The notes: generated by a model from the letters alone, not told the origin. Counted from the first letter of the stretch, positions 15,347-25,224 are shown. The stretch is DNA of 32,000 nt from Wolbachia endosymbiont strain TRS of Brugia malayi (GCF_000008385.1 NC_006833.1:750001-782000); one strand, 5' to 3'. Numbers and translations: made by a program.

Positions 15347-15402
15347 CCATTACTATATATACACTGTTGCATACAGCAAAGGTGTATGTGTATAGTTAAT
15401 GG
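15347..15402 (+). terminator. Long imperfect AT-rich inverted repeat immediately after the orphan gene stop (possible terminator or regulatory hairpin)
   Basis: ccattactata (15347-15357) pairs with tatagttaatgg (15391-15402) with one bulge. The arms extend imperfectly, and the loop holds a nested ttgc…gcaa hairpin. No U-tract follows, so this is not a canonical intrinsic terminator. Confidence 0.25.
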
Positions 15403-15453
15403 AGTTTATAAGCTTAATAAGGTTTACAATCAATTTGAAAGCTGTTCTACCAC

Positions 15454-16980
15454 ATGCAAGACTTTAAAGCACTGGAAAACTTACAGACCAAAACGTTAGA
15501 AGCTGAAAAAGGGGGTGGTCTTGATAGGATTAACAAACAACACGAAAAAGGGAAATTAACTGCTAGAGAAAGGCTTAGTATATTGCTCGACGAAAATTCG
15601 TTTGAAGAATACGATAAATTTGTAAAGCGTCATGTAACTGATTTTGGTATGCAAAACGCCAGTTTTTTAGGTGATGGTGTTGTAATTGGCCATGGTACTA
15701 TTTATGGCAGAAAAGTTTTTGTTTATTCTCAGGATTTCACTGTTTTTGGTGGGTCACTCGGTGCGTCACATGCAAAAAAAATATGTAAAATTATAGATAT
15801 GGCAATTAATGTAAGAGTTCCCATTATTGGACTAAATGACTCTGGTGGGGCCAGAATTCAGGAAGGAGTAAATTCTCTCGCTGGTTACGGAGAACTCTTT
15901 CAAAGAAATGTAAATGCATCAGGCGTGATACCACAAATTTCCTTAATTATGGGTCCATGCGCTGGTGGTGCAGTTTATTCCCCAGCATTGACTGATTTTA
16001 CCTTCATGGTAAAAAACAGTTCATATATGTTTATAACCGGACCAGATGTAGTAAAAAAAGTTACCTACGAAGACGTAAATCACGAAGATCTCGGCGGAGC
16101 AAAAATTCACACAAGTAAGACAGGAGTGGTAGATTTTGCGTTTAATAATGATGTTGAAATGTTGCTAAAAATACGTGAATTCTTTACCTTTCTACCAGCA
16201 AATAATCAAGAATTACCGAAATCTGTACCAATCTGTGATGATGTTGATGACATTAATGAATCTTTAAATACCCTCATTCCTCACAATCCTAATACCCCTT
16301 ATGATATGCATGAACTCATTGAAAAAGTTTGTGATGAAAGGAATTTTTTTGAACTAAAACCTGATTTTGCTCGTAATATTATAATTGGGTTCGGTAGAAT
16401 TAAAGGAAATACTGTTGGCATTGTTGCAAATCAACCTATGTATCTTGCAGGATGTTTGGATATTGATTCTTCAAGAAAAGCTGCAAGATTTGTAAGGTTT
16501 TGTGACGCATTTAACATTCCTATTACTACACTTATTGATGTTCCAGGATTTCTACCAGGTACAAATCAAGAATACAATAATATAATACAACACGGAGCAA
16601 AGCTGCTTTATGCCTATGCTGAAGCGACTGTACCAAAGATTAGCCTTATTACCAGAAAAGCGTATGGTGGTGCATACATTGTGATGAATTCTAAACATCT
16701 AAAAGGCGATATAAATTATGCTTGGCCAACTGCTGAAATAGCTGTGATGGGCCCAGAAAGTGCAGTTGAAATTATATTTCGGCATGAAAAAGATCAACAA
16801 ACTTTAATTAAAGAATATAAAGAAAAATTTGCTAATCCATTTTTTGCTGCATCACACGGGTATATCGATGACATAATAGTGCCAAGTAAAACGAGGTATC
16901 ATCTTTACAAAGCATTAGAGCTACTAAAAAACAAAAAAATAGAAAGAATATGGAAAAAGCATGATAACTTACCTCTGTAA
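15454..16980 (+). CDS. pccB: Propionyl-CoA carboxylase beta subunit (acyl-CoA carboxyltransferase)
   Basis: 508-aa [54 protein letters not shown] and [11 protein letters not shown] are carboxyltransferase (PccB/MmdA) signatures. Confidence 0.92.
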   Translation: MQDFKALENLQTKTLEAEKGGGLDRINKQHEKGKLTARERLSILLDENSFEEYDKFVKRHVTDFGMQNASFLGDGVVIGHGTIYGRKVFVYSQDFTVFGGSLGASHAKKICKIIDMAINVRVPIIGLNDSGGARIQEGVNSLAGYGELFQRNVNASGVIPQISLIMGPCAGGAVYSPALTDFTFMVKNSSYMFITGPDVVKKVTYEDVNHEDLGGAKIHTSKTGVVDFAFNNDVEMLLKIREFFTFLPANNQELPKSVPICDDVDDINESLNTLIPHNPNTPYDMHELIEKVCDERNFFELKPDFARNIIIGFGRIKGNTVGIVANQPMYLAGCLDIDSSRKAARFVRFCDAFNIPITTLIDVPGFLPGTNQEYNNIIQHGAKLLYAYAEATVPKISLITRKAYGGAYIVMNSKHLKGDINYAWPTAEIAVMGPESAVEIIFRHEKDQQTLIKEYKEKFANPFFAASHGYIDDIIVPSKTRYHLYKALELLKNKKIERIWKKHDNLPL

Positions 16981-17033
16981 CTCTTTTTCAAGTTTTTATT
17001 ATGGAGCATGCAATACTATAAATACAATCAGCA

Positions 17034-17106
17034 TGCCGTTACCAAGATTCGAACTTGGGACCTCATCATTACCAATGATGTACTCTACCACCTGAGCTAT
17101 AACGGC
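17034..17106 (-). tRNA. tRNA-Thr (anticodon GGU)
   Basis: Minus strand reads GCCGTTATAGCTCAGGTGGTAGAGTACATCATTGGTAATGATGAGGTCCCAAGTTCGAATCTTGGTAACGGCA. It forms a clean cloverleaf with anticodon loop TTGGTAA and is 73 nt long. Confidence 0.92.
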
Positions 17107-17235
17107 AGAATTTATATACAATGATAATGAATAATATAAAAAAGAATAAAGAAAAAAAAGAGGGGAGAAAAAGGTTAGTAAAAGCTCTAAAGCAAAATAT
17201 TGTAAAAAGAAAAAAACAGCAGCAGGGTAGGCAAG

Positions 17236-18051
17236 ATGCCAGAGCTCCCAGAAGTGGAAATAATCTCTAATTTTCTGTTTGATAAGATTAAAAACAAGCA
17301 AATAAGCGGTGTTACAGTTAACAATTGGAATTTGCGTGTACCAATTACACAAAATATCGATGATGTAATAAAGGGTAAAGTAATAAATAATATCAAGCGT
17401 AGAGGCAAATATATAATTTGGCACATAGACAATGATATAGTTGTCACCGTACACCTTGGCATGAGTGGAAAGCTCATATATGCTAAAGGCGAGCAAGCAC
17501 AGAATAAACATGACCATGTGATATTTTCATTTTCTGACAATACTTCAATAATTTTTAATGATCCAAGAAAATTTGGATTAGTCATTATTTTAAATAAAGA
17601 ACAAGAAGTAAATTTTTTTAATGATTTTGGAATAGAGCCCTTCACAGATGAATTTAATGGAGATTATTTACAGAAGCTACTGAAGAGCAAAAAGGTCAAT
17701 ATCAAGTCAGCATTAATGAATAATAAATTAATAGTTGGTATAGGCAACATATACGCTTCTGAGAGTCTGTTTAGAGCTCGCATATCACCATTAAGATCAG
17801 CACAAGATTTGACGTATAAAGAGTGCGAAAAACTTGCTACTGAAATAAAAAATACTCTGAGTGATGCAATCATAGCTGGTGGGTCGACGTTAAAAGATTA
17901 TGCACAGCCATCTGGATCTGTTGGATACTTTCAAAATAGTTTTTATGTATATGGTAAAGTTCAAAAACCTTGCAAAATTTGCAATAATACTATAACACTT
18001 ATACGACAAAATGGTCGCAGCACTTATTTTTGCAATGCATGTCAGAACTAA
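17236..18051 (+). CDS. mutM: Formamidopyrimidine-DNA glycosylase (Fpg/MutM)
   Basis: N-terminal MPELPEVE catalytic motif, an H2TH region, and a C-terminal zinc finger CKICNNTITLIRQNGRSTYFCNACQ. Confidence 0.93.
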   Translation: MPELPEVEIISNFLFDKIKNKQISGVTVNNWNLRVPITQNIDDVIKGKVINNIKRRGKYIIWHIDNDIVVTVHLGMSGKLIYAKGEQAQNKHDHVIFSFSDNTSIIFNDPRKFGLVIILNKEQEVNFFNDFGIEPFTDEFNGDYLQKLLKSKKVNIKSALMNNKLIVGIGNIYASESLFRARISPLRSAQDLTYKECEKLATEIKNTLSDAIIAGGSTLKDYAQPSGSVGYFQNSFYVYGKVQKPCKICNNTITLIRQNGRSTYFCNACQN

Positions 18052-18060
18052 GACTTCACT

Positions 18061-18660
18061 TTGGGTATGATGTTTTTGCCTGAAAAAGATCCGTTTGATT
18101 TGTTTTCAAAATGGTATAAAGTAGTACTTAATTCTCCATATAAACAACCAACTGCAATGATACTAGCAACTTGTAGCAAAGACTGCACTCCATCTGCAAG
18201 GGTAGTATTGCTAAAGGAATATAGCGAAGAAGGTTTTGTATTCTTTACTCATTGTAAATAGTAGAAAAGGGAAAGAATTGACCAAGAACTCCAAGGCTGC
18301 ACTAGTATTTCACTGGATAGAGTTTTTTAGGCAAGTACAAATTGAAGGAGGGGTTAAGCTTCTAGGCAGTGAAAGAGCTGATCAATATTTCTCATCTCGA
18401 GCACGCAATAGTCAATTTAGTGCATGGTGTTCAAAACAATCGACGTTTTGAAAAATTGGCAAGACTTCGAGCAAGTTATCGGACTGAAGAAGAAAGAATT
18501 TTACAATACACAAGTTCCTCGTCCTGATTTTTGGGTAAGATTCTCCATAATTCCAAAAATAATTGAATTCTGGCAAGAAGGTAAGCACAGAAGACATACT
18601 AAGTTTAGGTACACTTTCTTTAAGAGAAAAAACTGGAAAATAGAGCAGTTGTATCCTTAA
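18061..18660 (+). pseudogene. pdxH: Pyridoxamine/pyridoxine 5'-phosphate oxidase PdxH, split by two frameshifts
   Basis: Three consecutive track ORFs in frames 1, 2 and 1 together read as PdxH. They are 18061-18261 (…[34 protein letters not shown]), 18236-18451 (SRKGKELTKNSKAALVFHWIEFFRQVQIEGGVKLL…ADQYFSSRARNSQFSAWCSKQS) and 18424-18660 (…VPRPDFWVRFSIIPKIIEFWQEGKHRRHTKFRY…W…L.P). Confidence 0.88.
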
Positions 18661-18731
18661 GTTATGTCATTTAAGATAAGTTCTTGAGTAGATCAGGCAA
18701 ATTTTTCTGCACATCTCCCACCATTAATATA

Positions 18732-19311
18732 TCACCATTTCCAAGATGTTTTGGCTGTATAAGATTCATTACAATTATCTTCCCTTAGGGTTGTGCTTTT
18801 ATATAAAGCAAGAAACCCAAATTCATCACTATTTAGCCCAGCTGTAATGATAAAATCAACTTCTTTAATATACTGACCTCTCATATTTTCCTTTAACCAA
18901 GAAAAATCCATTTTATCTGCTATATTAGCATAGCATAAAAGTTCCATACCTGAACTCTGGTGAAGTAAGTCAGGGTTCTCAGTTAAGAGTTGCCAATTTT
19001 TTAGTAGAACTATATTTCTCACTGTATAATGAGCCGTAGTTGGTTTACCATACAAACAGCCTTCGTTAAAGTCACTTATGGTTTTGATAACCTTATCTGG
19101 TTGTACTAGTATCTTACGTATAAATTTGATTATATATTGAGACACATCAACATCACTACTTAGATTATGCAGTAATCTCAGTCGTGACACAAGATTCTGA
19201 ATTAAAACAGGTAGTCCACTTCATTTCACTTAGAATAGTCTGAACAATTGTTTTATCGATAATTTCTTCAGAAATTTTGGTGGTGCTTTTGCAATAAGAT
19301 ATTTTTTGCAT
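18732..19311 (-). pseudogene. Frameshifted gene of uncertain function (weakly nitroreductase-like)
   Basis: ATG at 19311 opens MQKISYCKSTTKISEEIIDKTIVQTILSEMKWTT…, which terminates after about 50 codons. The 152-aa track ORF (18732-19190, GTG start) is open in another frame from SGLPVLIQNLVSRLRLL, overlapping the first. A single indel near 19225-19240 would fuse them. The N-terminal pattern (S-x-x-K-x-x-x-E-x-I-x-x-x-x-I-x-x-I-L) resembles nitroreductase-family N-termini, but the match is weak. Confidence 0.4.
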
Positions 19312-19449
19312 AGCCCAAGTTTGTAGTGCAGATTATAAATAACAATATAAGTAAATGCACCTTTTTTATGTTCAAAATTTTAGTCTTTTTTTAGTATTTA
19401 AATCCTGTATACCACCTCAAACATCACTTTTTCGAGATGCAGGTAAAAG

Positions 19450-19523
19450 TTGCGGAGGTAGGATTTGAACCTACGACCTTCAGGTTATGAGCCTGATGAG
19501 CTACCGAACTGCTCCACCCCGCA
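19450..19523 (-). tRNA. tRNA-Met (anticodon CAU), initiator-like
   Basis: Minus strand reads TGCGGGGTGGAGCAGTTCGGTAGCTCATCAGGCTCATAACCTGAAGGTCGTAGGTTCAAATCCTACCTCCGCAA. It is very similar overall to bacterial initiator tRNA-fMet (GCGGGGTGGAGCAG…GGCTCATAACC…GGTTCAAATCC). Confidence 0.88.
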
Positions 19524-19653
19524 TCGTTGTTTATTTAGTTATTATATATGAATAATAGGAAATAAAAGAATAAAATTACACTCGGTGTATATTTTGCGTA
19601 TTTGTTAACTTTCCTTGACATAATAGTTAGTTATATACGTAACAGCTTACGCA

Positions 19654-21640
19654 ATGAAAAATATAACTCAATACTGTAGTTTCCTGTTTTTCAGTGTGTG
19701 GGAACTTTAATTTACTTCTCTTAAAACTTTGAATCCAGCTTTGTTATACCTATTTTTCTTGCGCTTTTACCTACATTAATTTTGATTGCAACACTGCATA
19801 AAAGATATGCAATATTATATACTGCTTTAATTGCAGTGCTCATAGGATTTACAGTCAGCAAGTTAAGAACAGTTTTATAGTAGTTGATACTCAACATTCT
19901 TATGAAAGAGAGGTACGTAAAAAATATCGTTGCCACAGCGAAGGATGTTAATGACAGGGAGCTCATATAAACAATTTTGCTTTATGAAAAAAAAACACTA
20001 AGTTCAAGTTGAATAACATAAGAATATCAGTTAGAACTAAAGTGGAAGAAAGCATTAAAATAGGTCGATCAGGTAAAATTATCAGCAAAGCTTTTTCCTC
20101 CAAATTGCACCTTCAGAGTATGCATATGGTTTTGTAAGAGTAGCATATCATAAGAAAATAAGTGCAACAGGTTTTGCAACAAGTAAAATAGCTCTAGTAC
20201 AAAAAAGCTAAAGCAAGGAAATTTCAAGAGCATATAGAATCTTTCGCCAATACATTTACGAAAACCCGAAGCAAAATACTTAAAGAACCACATGCAGACA
20301 TAGTCTCTGCATTAATAATTGGTAAAAAAGATGGAATAGAACAAAAAACTATGAATAGCAATATAAGAATTCAGATATAGCACATTTGTTCGCTATACCT
20401 GGTCTATATTTATCACATTCGTTGATGGTCTATTTTTATAGTATTCTGTAATTTATTTGCAATATCTGAGATTTTGACTCTTAAGTACAATACTAAGAAA
20501 ATATCTTCATTTCTTACCATTTTGCTAACCACGTTTTATTTATTAATCACTGGTATGCAAATTTCCGCTTAGCGTGCATACATTATGGTAATTTTAGTAC
20601 TTGTTGCAATAATGATAGATAGAAAATATCGAGGGTTAATAGTAATTGCGTTTGCTGCTTCAGTGATACTCATAATAGAACCAGAAGCAATTTTAGAGCC
20701 TGGTTTTCAGATATCGTTTTCTGCTGTTTTGGTGCTGGTTACCAGTTATCAGATTAATGCCAACAATATTCAAAATAAAAATAATGAAATATTTTGTGTC
20801 AATAATGATTAGCTCAGTAATAGCAAGCTTAGCAACTGTTCTTTACACAATATACAATTTCAACTATTTTTCAATCAGTGGCATTATTACAAATTTAATT
20901 GCTATACCAATAGCCACATTGATCATTATTCCATTTGGAATAATTTATGTTTTATCAACTCCTTTAAGTATTGAGTGAATTATAGCGCCACTTATAGAGC
21001 GTCCTATTGTATAGCGTTTTGTATATAACAAAAGTAATCGTTAGCCTTCAATATTTAGTTATTCCTATTCGTGTTTTTCCTGCATCATCAATTTTCATCA
21101 TAATATTTGGATTATTATGGCCGTGCTTATGGGAAAGGAATTGGCGTTTCTTTGGAGTTTTCTTTATTGTGCTGAGTATTTTCTCTAGTGCTATACATAG
21201 AACTCCTAACATCTTAGTCAGTTCTGATAATGTTGCAGTAAAGGAGAGCAACAACTTACTATATTCTCTTACCAGAAAAAGCAGAAACTTTGTTGTTAAA
21301 ACTTGGGCAAAGCAAAATGGGCAGAATTAAATTTTGAATCATACCAAATATAACAATCCAGACAAAAGATTAAAATGCTATAATTATAGTTATATATAAC
21401 AAGGGAAACGATAAATCAGTGCTGCTAGCTTATAAAAAAAGAAGATATGTTAGAAAATTGTAACAATGTTGGTCTAATAGTTCAATTAAGCAAATTTGAC
21501 CACCCAGCTTGTAACACTCAAATTATTAAACATGCTGACCTAAGAAACATATAGCACACATTCAATTTAGTTAACAAATTACAACATAAAGATTAATAAA
21601 GTGCGTTCTAACCGTGGCCTCGGCATGTGCATTTGAGCCA
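19654..21640 (+). pseudogene. comEC: DNA internalisation competence protein ComEC/Rec2, heavily degraded (ends approximate)
   Basis: ComEC blocks are scattered over all three frames with many stops. Examples: ADIVSALIIGKKDGIEQ (about 20293); IAHLFAIPGLYLS (20377-20415; compare the G-x-x-H-L-L-A-I-S-G-L-H motif); track ORF 20585-20812 (RGLIVIAFAASVILIIEPEAILEPGFQISFSAVLVLV); ORFs 20757-20978 and 21007-21330 (TM-rich tail …IAIPIATLIIIPFG…). Confidence 0.8.
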
Positions 21641-21764
21641 AAAAGCTCGTTTTTGAAGTGTGCTTCATATACAATTAACCAAATTGAAGTATAAGAAAAT
21701 TCATGGGTCCAGGCACTACAGAAAGTTTTTTTATCTCAAAGTAGATCACGATATAGCTCAGTTA

Positions 21765-22737
21765 ATGAAGTAGGTTAGTTGCCACAAGATAAAACCTTAA
21801 ATATCAATAGTGCTGAGAAAAATTAAGATTAGATACCTATATAGCTGAAAAACGCAATATATCATGCAGTAAAGCTCAAAGACTGATACAAAATAAGTAA
21901 GTAAAATTACTTAGCGTGCCCATAATTAATAACGATCACGTAGTAAAACTAGGTGAGGAGTATGTAATGCATCTTACTTTTCAACAACAAATCTACATTA
22001 ATTGAGCCTAATCACAACATAAAACTTGATATCATCTACAAAAATGAGGACATTATAGTTCTCAACAAATAAAGTAGACTAACCGTTCACTCAGGGCTGG
22101 AACAAACAATGACACGCTCTTAAATACAATTATCGGCATCTTAGTAAAATCCTATATATTCACATAAGGCCAGGAATTGTTCATAGGTTCGATAAAGATA
22201 CCAGTAGTGGACTAATGGTAATTGCAAAAAATGAGAAAATCCATGGTTTTCTGTCTGAAATATTATTAAATCGTGAAATAAAGCGCGAATATTGAGCAGT
22301 AGTTTGGGGAATATTACTTTTTAACCTGGAAACTATAAAAACCAATATTGCTCCCAACTTGGTAAACAAAGAAATGATGTACGTAACAAAAACAATTGGA
22401 AGTTAGCAGTCACCCATTACTCAGTGTAGAAAGTTATAGGGCAAGCAAGCCTAGTTGGATGTGTTTTAGAAACAGATAGAACACACCAAATCGAGTATAC
22501 ATGAGTCACATAGGACATTCCATTATCGGTAAACAAGTTTACGGAAAAAATAGTAGCAAAAGTGTAAAAATACGCCAAAGGCTCCGACTTTATCCGCAAA
22601 TTCAATGGACAAGCATACATATCTATAAACTAGGTTTATATCATCCAAAAAGTAAAAAATATGTAGAATTTAAATCTGACTTACCAAAAGACATGAGAAT
22701 TTTAATTGGCGAGTTTGAAGAAATGACAAATAAGTAG
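21765..22737 (+). pseudogene. rluD: RluA-family (RluD/RluC-type) 23S rRNA pseudouridine synthase, heavily degraded (5' end approximate)
   Basis: Recognisable blocks are broken by stops and frameshifts: an S4-like RLDTYIAEK…SCSKAQRLIQNK; LDIIYKNEDIIVLNK*; GIVHRFDKDTSSGLMVIAKNE (22173-22235; compare HRLDKDTSGL); ETDRTHQIEYT* (compare ETGRTHQIRVH); and the terminal ORF 22501-22737 (HIGHSIIGKQVYGK…YHPKSKKYVEFKSDLPKDM). Confidence 0.8.
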
Positions 22738-22817
22738 TACATAAGAGTCGATGCCTTAACAGTTGCAGTTTATGTCTCTCAATGATAAAATGAGGATTAG
22801 TATATAGTTTTAATATC

Positions 22818-23606
22818 ATGATTAGTTTACTGCTTGTTGTACTGTTGTTTTTTTGTGGTGATGACGCATTTGCAAAACAGGAACCACGTTCAATAGCTGC
22901 AGATAGTCACATAAAGGTAATAAACTATAATCCACAGGCTATACATAAGTACACTGGTTTTTATGGTTACCAATCCAGTATATTATTTGAACCAGGTGAG
23001 ACAATACAAAACCTTTCAATGGGTGATCCAACTGGTTGGCAGCTTGTTCCTCAAGGTAACAGGTTGTTTATCAAGCCTATAGATGATATTGCTGACACTA
23101 ACGCAACTGTAATTACTAATAAAAGAGTCTATTACTTTGAACTTCATGCTGAAGAAGCAACCGGATTGGATGATCCAAGATTAGCATATGAAGTAAGATT
23201 TCTTTATCCACTATTTAGCAGTGATGAAATTTACACAACCAACAATGGTGATATCCTTGAACAAGCTAACCCCACCACTATTCCCGATATAAATGATATT
23301 GAAGTTGTAAAGAAGGGCATAAATTTTAATTATTCCATCTCACATGTTAAGGGCAGCCAGTCAATAATACCAACTAAAGCCTTCGATGATGGGAGATTTA
23401 CATATCTGCAATTCAATAAGGTAAATTCTGATTTTCCGGCAGTTTTTATGGTTGATTCTGCAGGGTACGAGTCTCTAGTAAATTTTCGTACAGTCGATGA
23501 TTACCTTATAATTGAAAGAGTAGGCTCGGTGTTTACCTTAAGAAACGGATCAAGTACAGTCTGTTTATTTAACGAAAACATGCCTTTTGCAAAGGGTAAG
23601 CGATAA
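22818..23606 (+). CDS. virB9: Type IV secretion system protein VirB9 (stand-alone paralogue)
   Basis: 262-aa ORF with a signal peptide (MISLLLVVLLFFCGDDAFA). The N-terminal domain reads IKVINYNPQAIHKYTGFYGYQSSILFEPGETIQNLSMGDPTGWQLVPQGNRLFIKP…TNATVITNKRVYYFEL. The C-terminal domain reads IIPTKAFDDGRFTYLQF…PAVFMVDSAGYESLVNFR…LRNGSSTVCLFN. Both are VirB9/TrbG/CagX-family signatures. Confidence 0.9.
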   Translation: MISLLLVVLLFFCGDDAFAKQEPRSIAADSHIKVINYNPQAIHKYTGFYGYQSSILFEPGETIQNLSMGDPTGWQLVPQGNRLFIKPIDDIADTNATVITNKRVYYFELHAEEATGLDDPRLAYEVRFLYPLFSSDEIYTTNNGDILEQANPTTIPDINDIEVVKKGINFNYSISHVKGSQSIIPTKAFDDGRFTYLQFNKVNSDFPAVFMVDSAGYESLVNFRTVDDYLIIERVGSVFTLRNGSSTVCLFNENMPFAKGKR

Positions 23607-23629
23607 TATAAACTCAAAGTCACATCTAT

Positions 23630-25147
23630 TCAGCAAAGTGGCAAAATAAATGGTGTCACAAGGAAAATAATAAAAGTACATATCGCAGTGATAACTGGTG
23701 GTAAAATTAGAAAAACAGGTATTTTTTTAATAAAAAAATTCTTGGAAGATTTTGAGAAAAAAGCGTTGTAAATTATTGGCAAAAAGTACATAGCATTGAG
23801 TACAGTGCCTACAGTTAATACTAGAGTGACAAATACAGAAAGCGCTATATTGCCAGAGTTAAAAACAGCTTGAAAAATGAGAAACTTACCCCAGAAAGTT
23901 GAAGCAGGTGGCACTCCTATCATAGATAACGCACCTATAGCAAATGCTACCATGGTAACTGGCATACTTCGTCCTATGCCGTGAATTCTATCTATATATT
24001 TTTCACCTGTTTTCGTTATTATACTGCCTGCAATGAAAAATAAAGTGATTTTTGCAAATGCGTGACAAACTAATTGGAAAATTGCAACTCTTGCACTGAG
24101 GTCGCTAAAAATTGAAGCAAATAGTATAATATATGACAACTGAGAAACAGTAGAGTAAGCAAGCAATCTTTTTAATTCTTTCTGCTTTAACGCAATAAGT
24201 GAAGCAGCAATGATGGTAAATCCTGCAGCATATGGAAGCCACCCTCCAGCAAACCAATTTTGTTGTGCAAAGCGCTGCAAATTATCGATACCGAAAGTGT
24301 ATAATATGACTTTTACGATAATAAAAGCCCCAGATTTTACAACAGCAACAGCATGTAGCAATGCACTTACAGGAGTTGGTGCAACCATCGCTCTTGGTAA
24401 CCAAAAATGCATTGGCATTAATGCAGCTTTGCCTAAGCCATAAATTAGCATAGTGAAACACACTGCAGTAAAAGTAACGAGTGAGGTATCAAATTCAAAT
24501 ATTCCACTGCTCACAAAGTCTAAAGTATGAAATTCATTATACAAGAGACCAAGAACTGGAAAAAACAGTACTAAGGAAGAAAAAAACAACACACCAAAAT
24601 AATAACGTCCAGCTATCGTTGACTCATTTGTTGCGTTATAGGTAACAAGAGGGTAAGTACTGATAGTCAAAAGTTCATAAAAAACAAACGTAGTAAGCAA
24701 ATCGCCGGAAAAAGCAATAAACATTGTACAGCTGATCGATACCAAAAGAAAGCATAGGAAATCTGAGTAATTACTATCAGGATAGTTGTTCTGCATATAA
24801 TATATTGTGTATATACTGGTTAATATCCATAAAAATGATATTAATAAACTAAACACTACTCCAGTAGACTCTAGCTTTAAACTAACATGCAAATTGTTGC
24901 CAAAATTTATGAGGATAAACTGAGAATGATCGCCATATGCCCAATATAAAGTGCATAGACATGTATATACAAATAGAAGCACAGAAGAAGCAACAGTAAT
25001 GCCATTACTTACCGTAGGCCATTTACCAGTAAAAAGAATAACTACTGCGCTTAAAAGCGGAACCAGTGCAGTAATTAACAAATAATTTTCAGTAATAAAA
25101 AATGGTAAGGAAAGAGATGCTAAAATATAGTCCACCAAATAATTCAT
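23630..25147 (-). CDS. Proton-conducting membrane subunit of the NuoL/M/N-MrpD family (probably Mrp-type cation/H+ antiporter subunit D)
   Basis: 505-aa ORF with about 14 TM segments and the family motif HFWLPRAMVAPTPVSALLHAVAVVKSGAF. No other nuo membrane-arm genes are adjacent, so I favour the MrpD-like assignment over NuoN. This is unresolved. Confidence 0.8.
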   Translation of the reverse strand: MNYLVDYILASLSLPFFITENYLLITALVPLLSAVVILFTGKWPTVSNGITVASSVLLFVYTCLCTLYWAYGDHSQFILINFGNNLHVSLKLESTGVVFSLLISFLWILTSIYTIYYMQNNYPDSNYSDFLCFLLVSISCTMFIAFSGDLLTTFVFYELLTISTYPLVTYNATNESTIAGRYYFGVLFFSSLVLFFPVLGLLYNEFHTLDFVSSGIFEFDTSLVTFTAVCFTMLIYGLGKAALMPMHFWLPRAMVAPTPVSALLHAVAVVKSGAFIIVKVILYTFGIDNLQRFAQQNWFAGGWLPYAAGFTIIAASLIALKQKELKRLLAYSTVSQLSYIILFASIFSDLSARVAIFQLVCHAFAKITLFFIAGSIITKTGEKYIDRIHGIGRSMPVTMVAFAIGALSMIGVPPASTFWGKFLIFQAVFNSGNIALSVFVTLVLTVGTVLNAMYFLPIIYNAFFSKSSKNFFIKKIPVFLILPPVITAICTFIIFLVTPFILPLC

Positions 25148-25224
25148 CTTTTTAATTAGGTAAAGTTAGAATTATACTTAAATCACAGAAAACTGCTATG
25201 TTTTTATACTTCATAGTCAACTAA

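Noticed and set aside
17148-17174. 27-nt uninterrupted polypurine run (aaagaaaaaaaagaggggagaaaaagg) between tRNA-Thr and mutM
   Set aside because: It is noticeable, but such runs are common in AT-rich intergenic DNA. It contains the likely mutM SD region, and there is no evidence for a specific structural or regulatory role.
16999-17645. Minus-strand ORFs 16999-17517 (172 aa) and 17187-17645 (152 aa)
   Set aside because: The first runs straight through tRNA-Thr (17034-17106) and both lie antisense to mutM, which has unmistakable Fpg motifs. The Tyr/Phe/Ile-rich output is an AT-rich artefact.
17664-18597. Minus-strand ORFs 17664-17873 and 18412-18597
   Set aside because: They are antisense to mutM and to the pdxH relic, with no supporting features.
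19721-22620. Minus-strand ORFs 19721-19966, 20069-20293, 21048-21254, 22181-22369 and 22417-22620
   Set aside because: All lie antisense to the comEC and rluD relics. The plus-strand translations carry the recognisable homology, so these are chance ORFs in decaying DNA.
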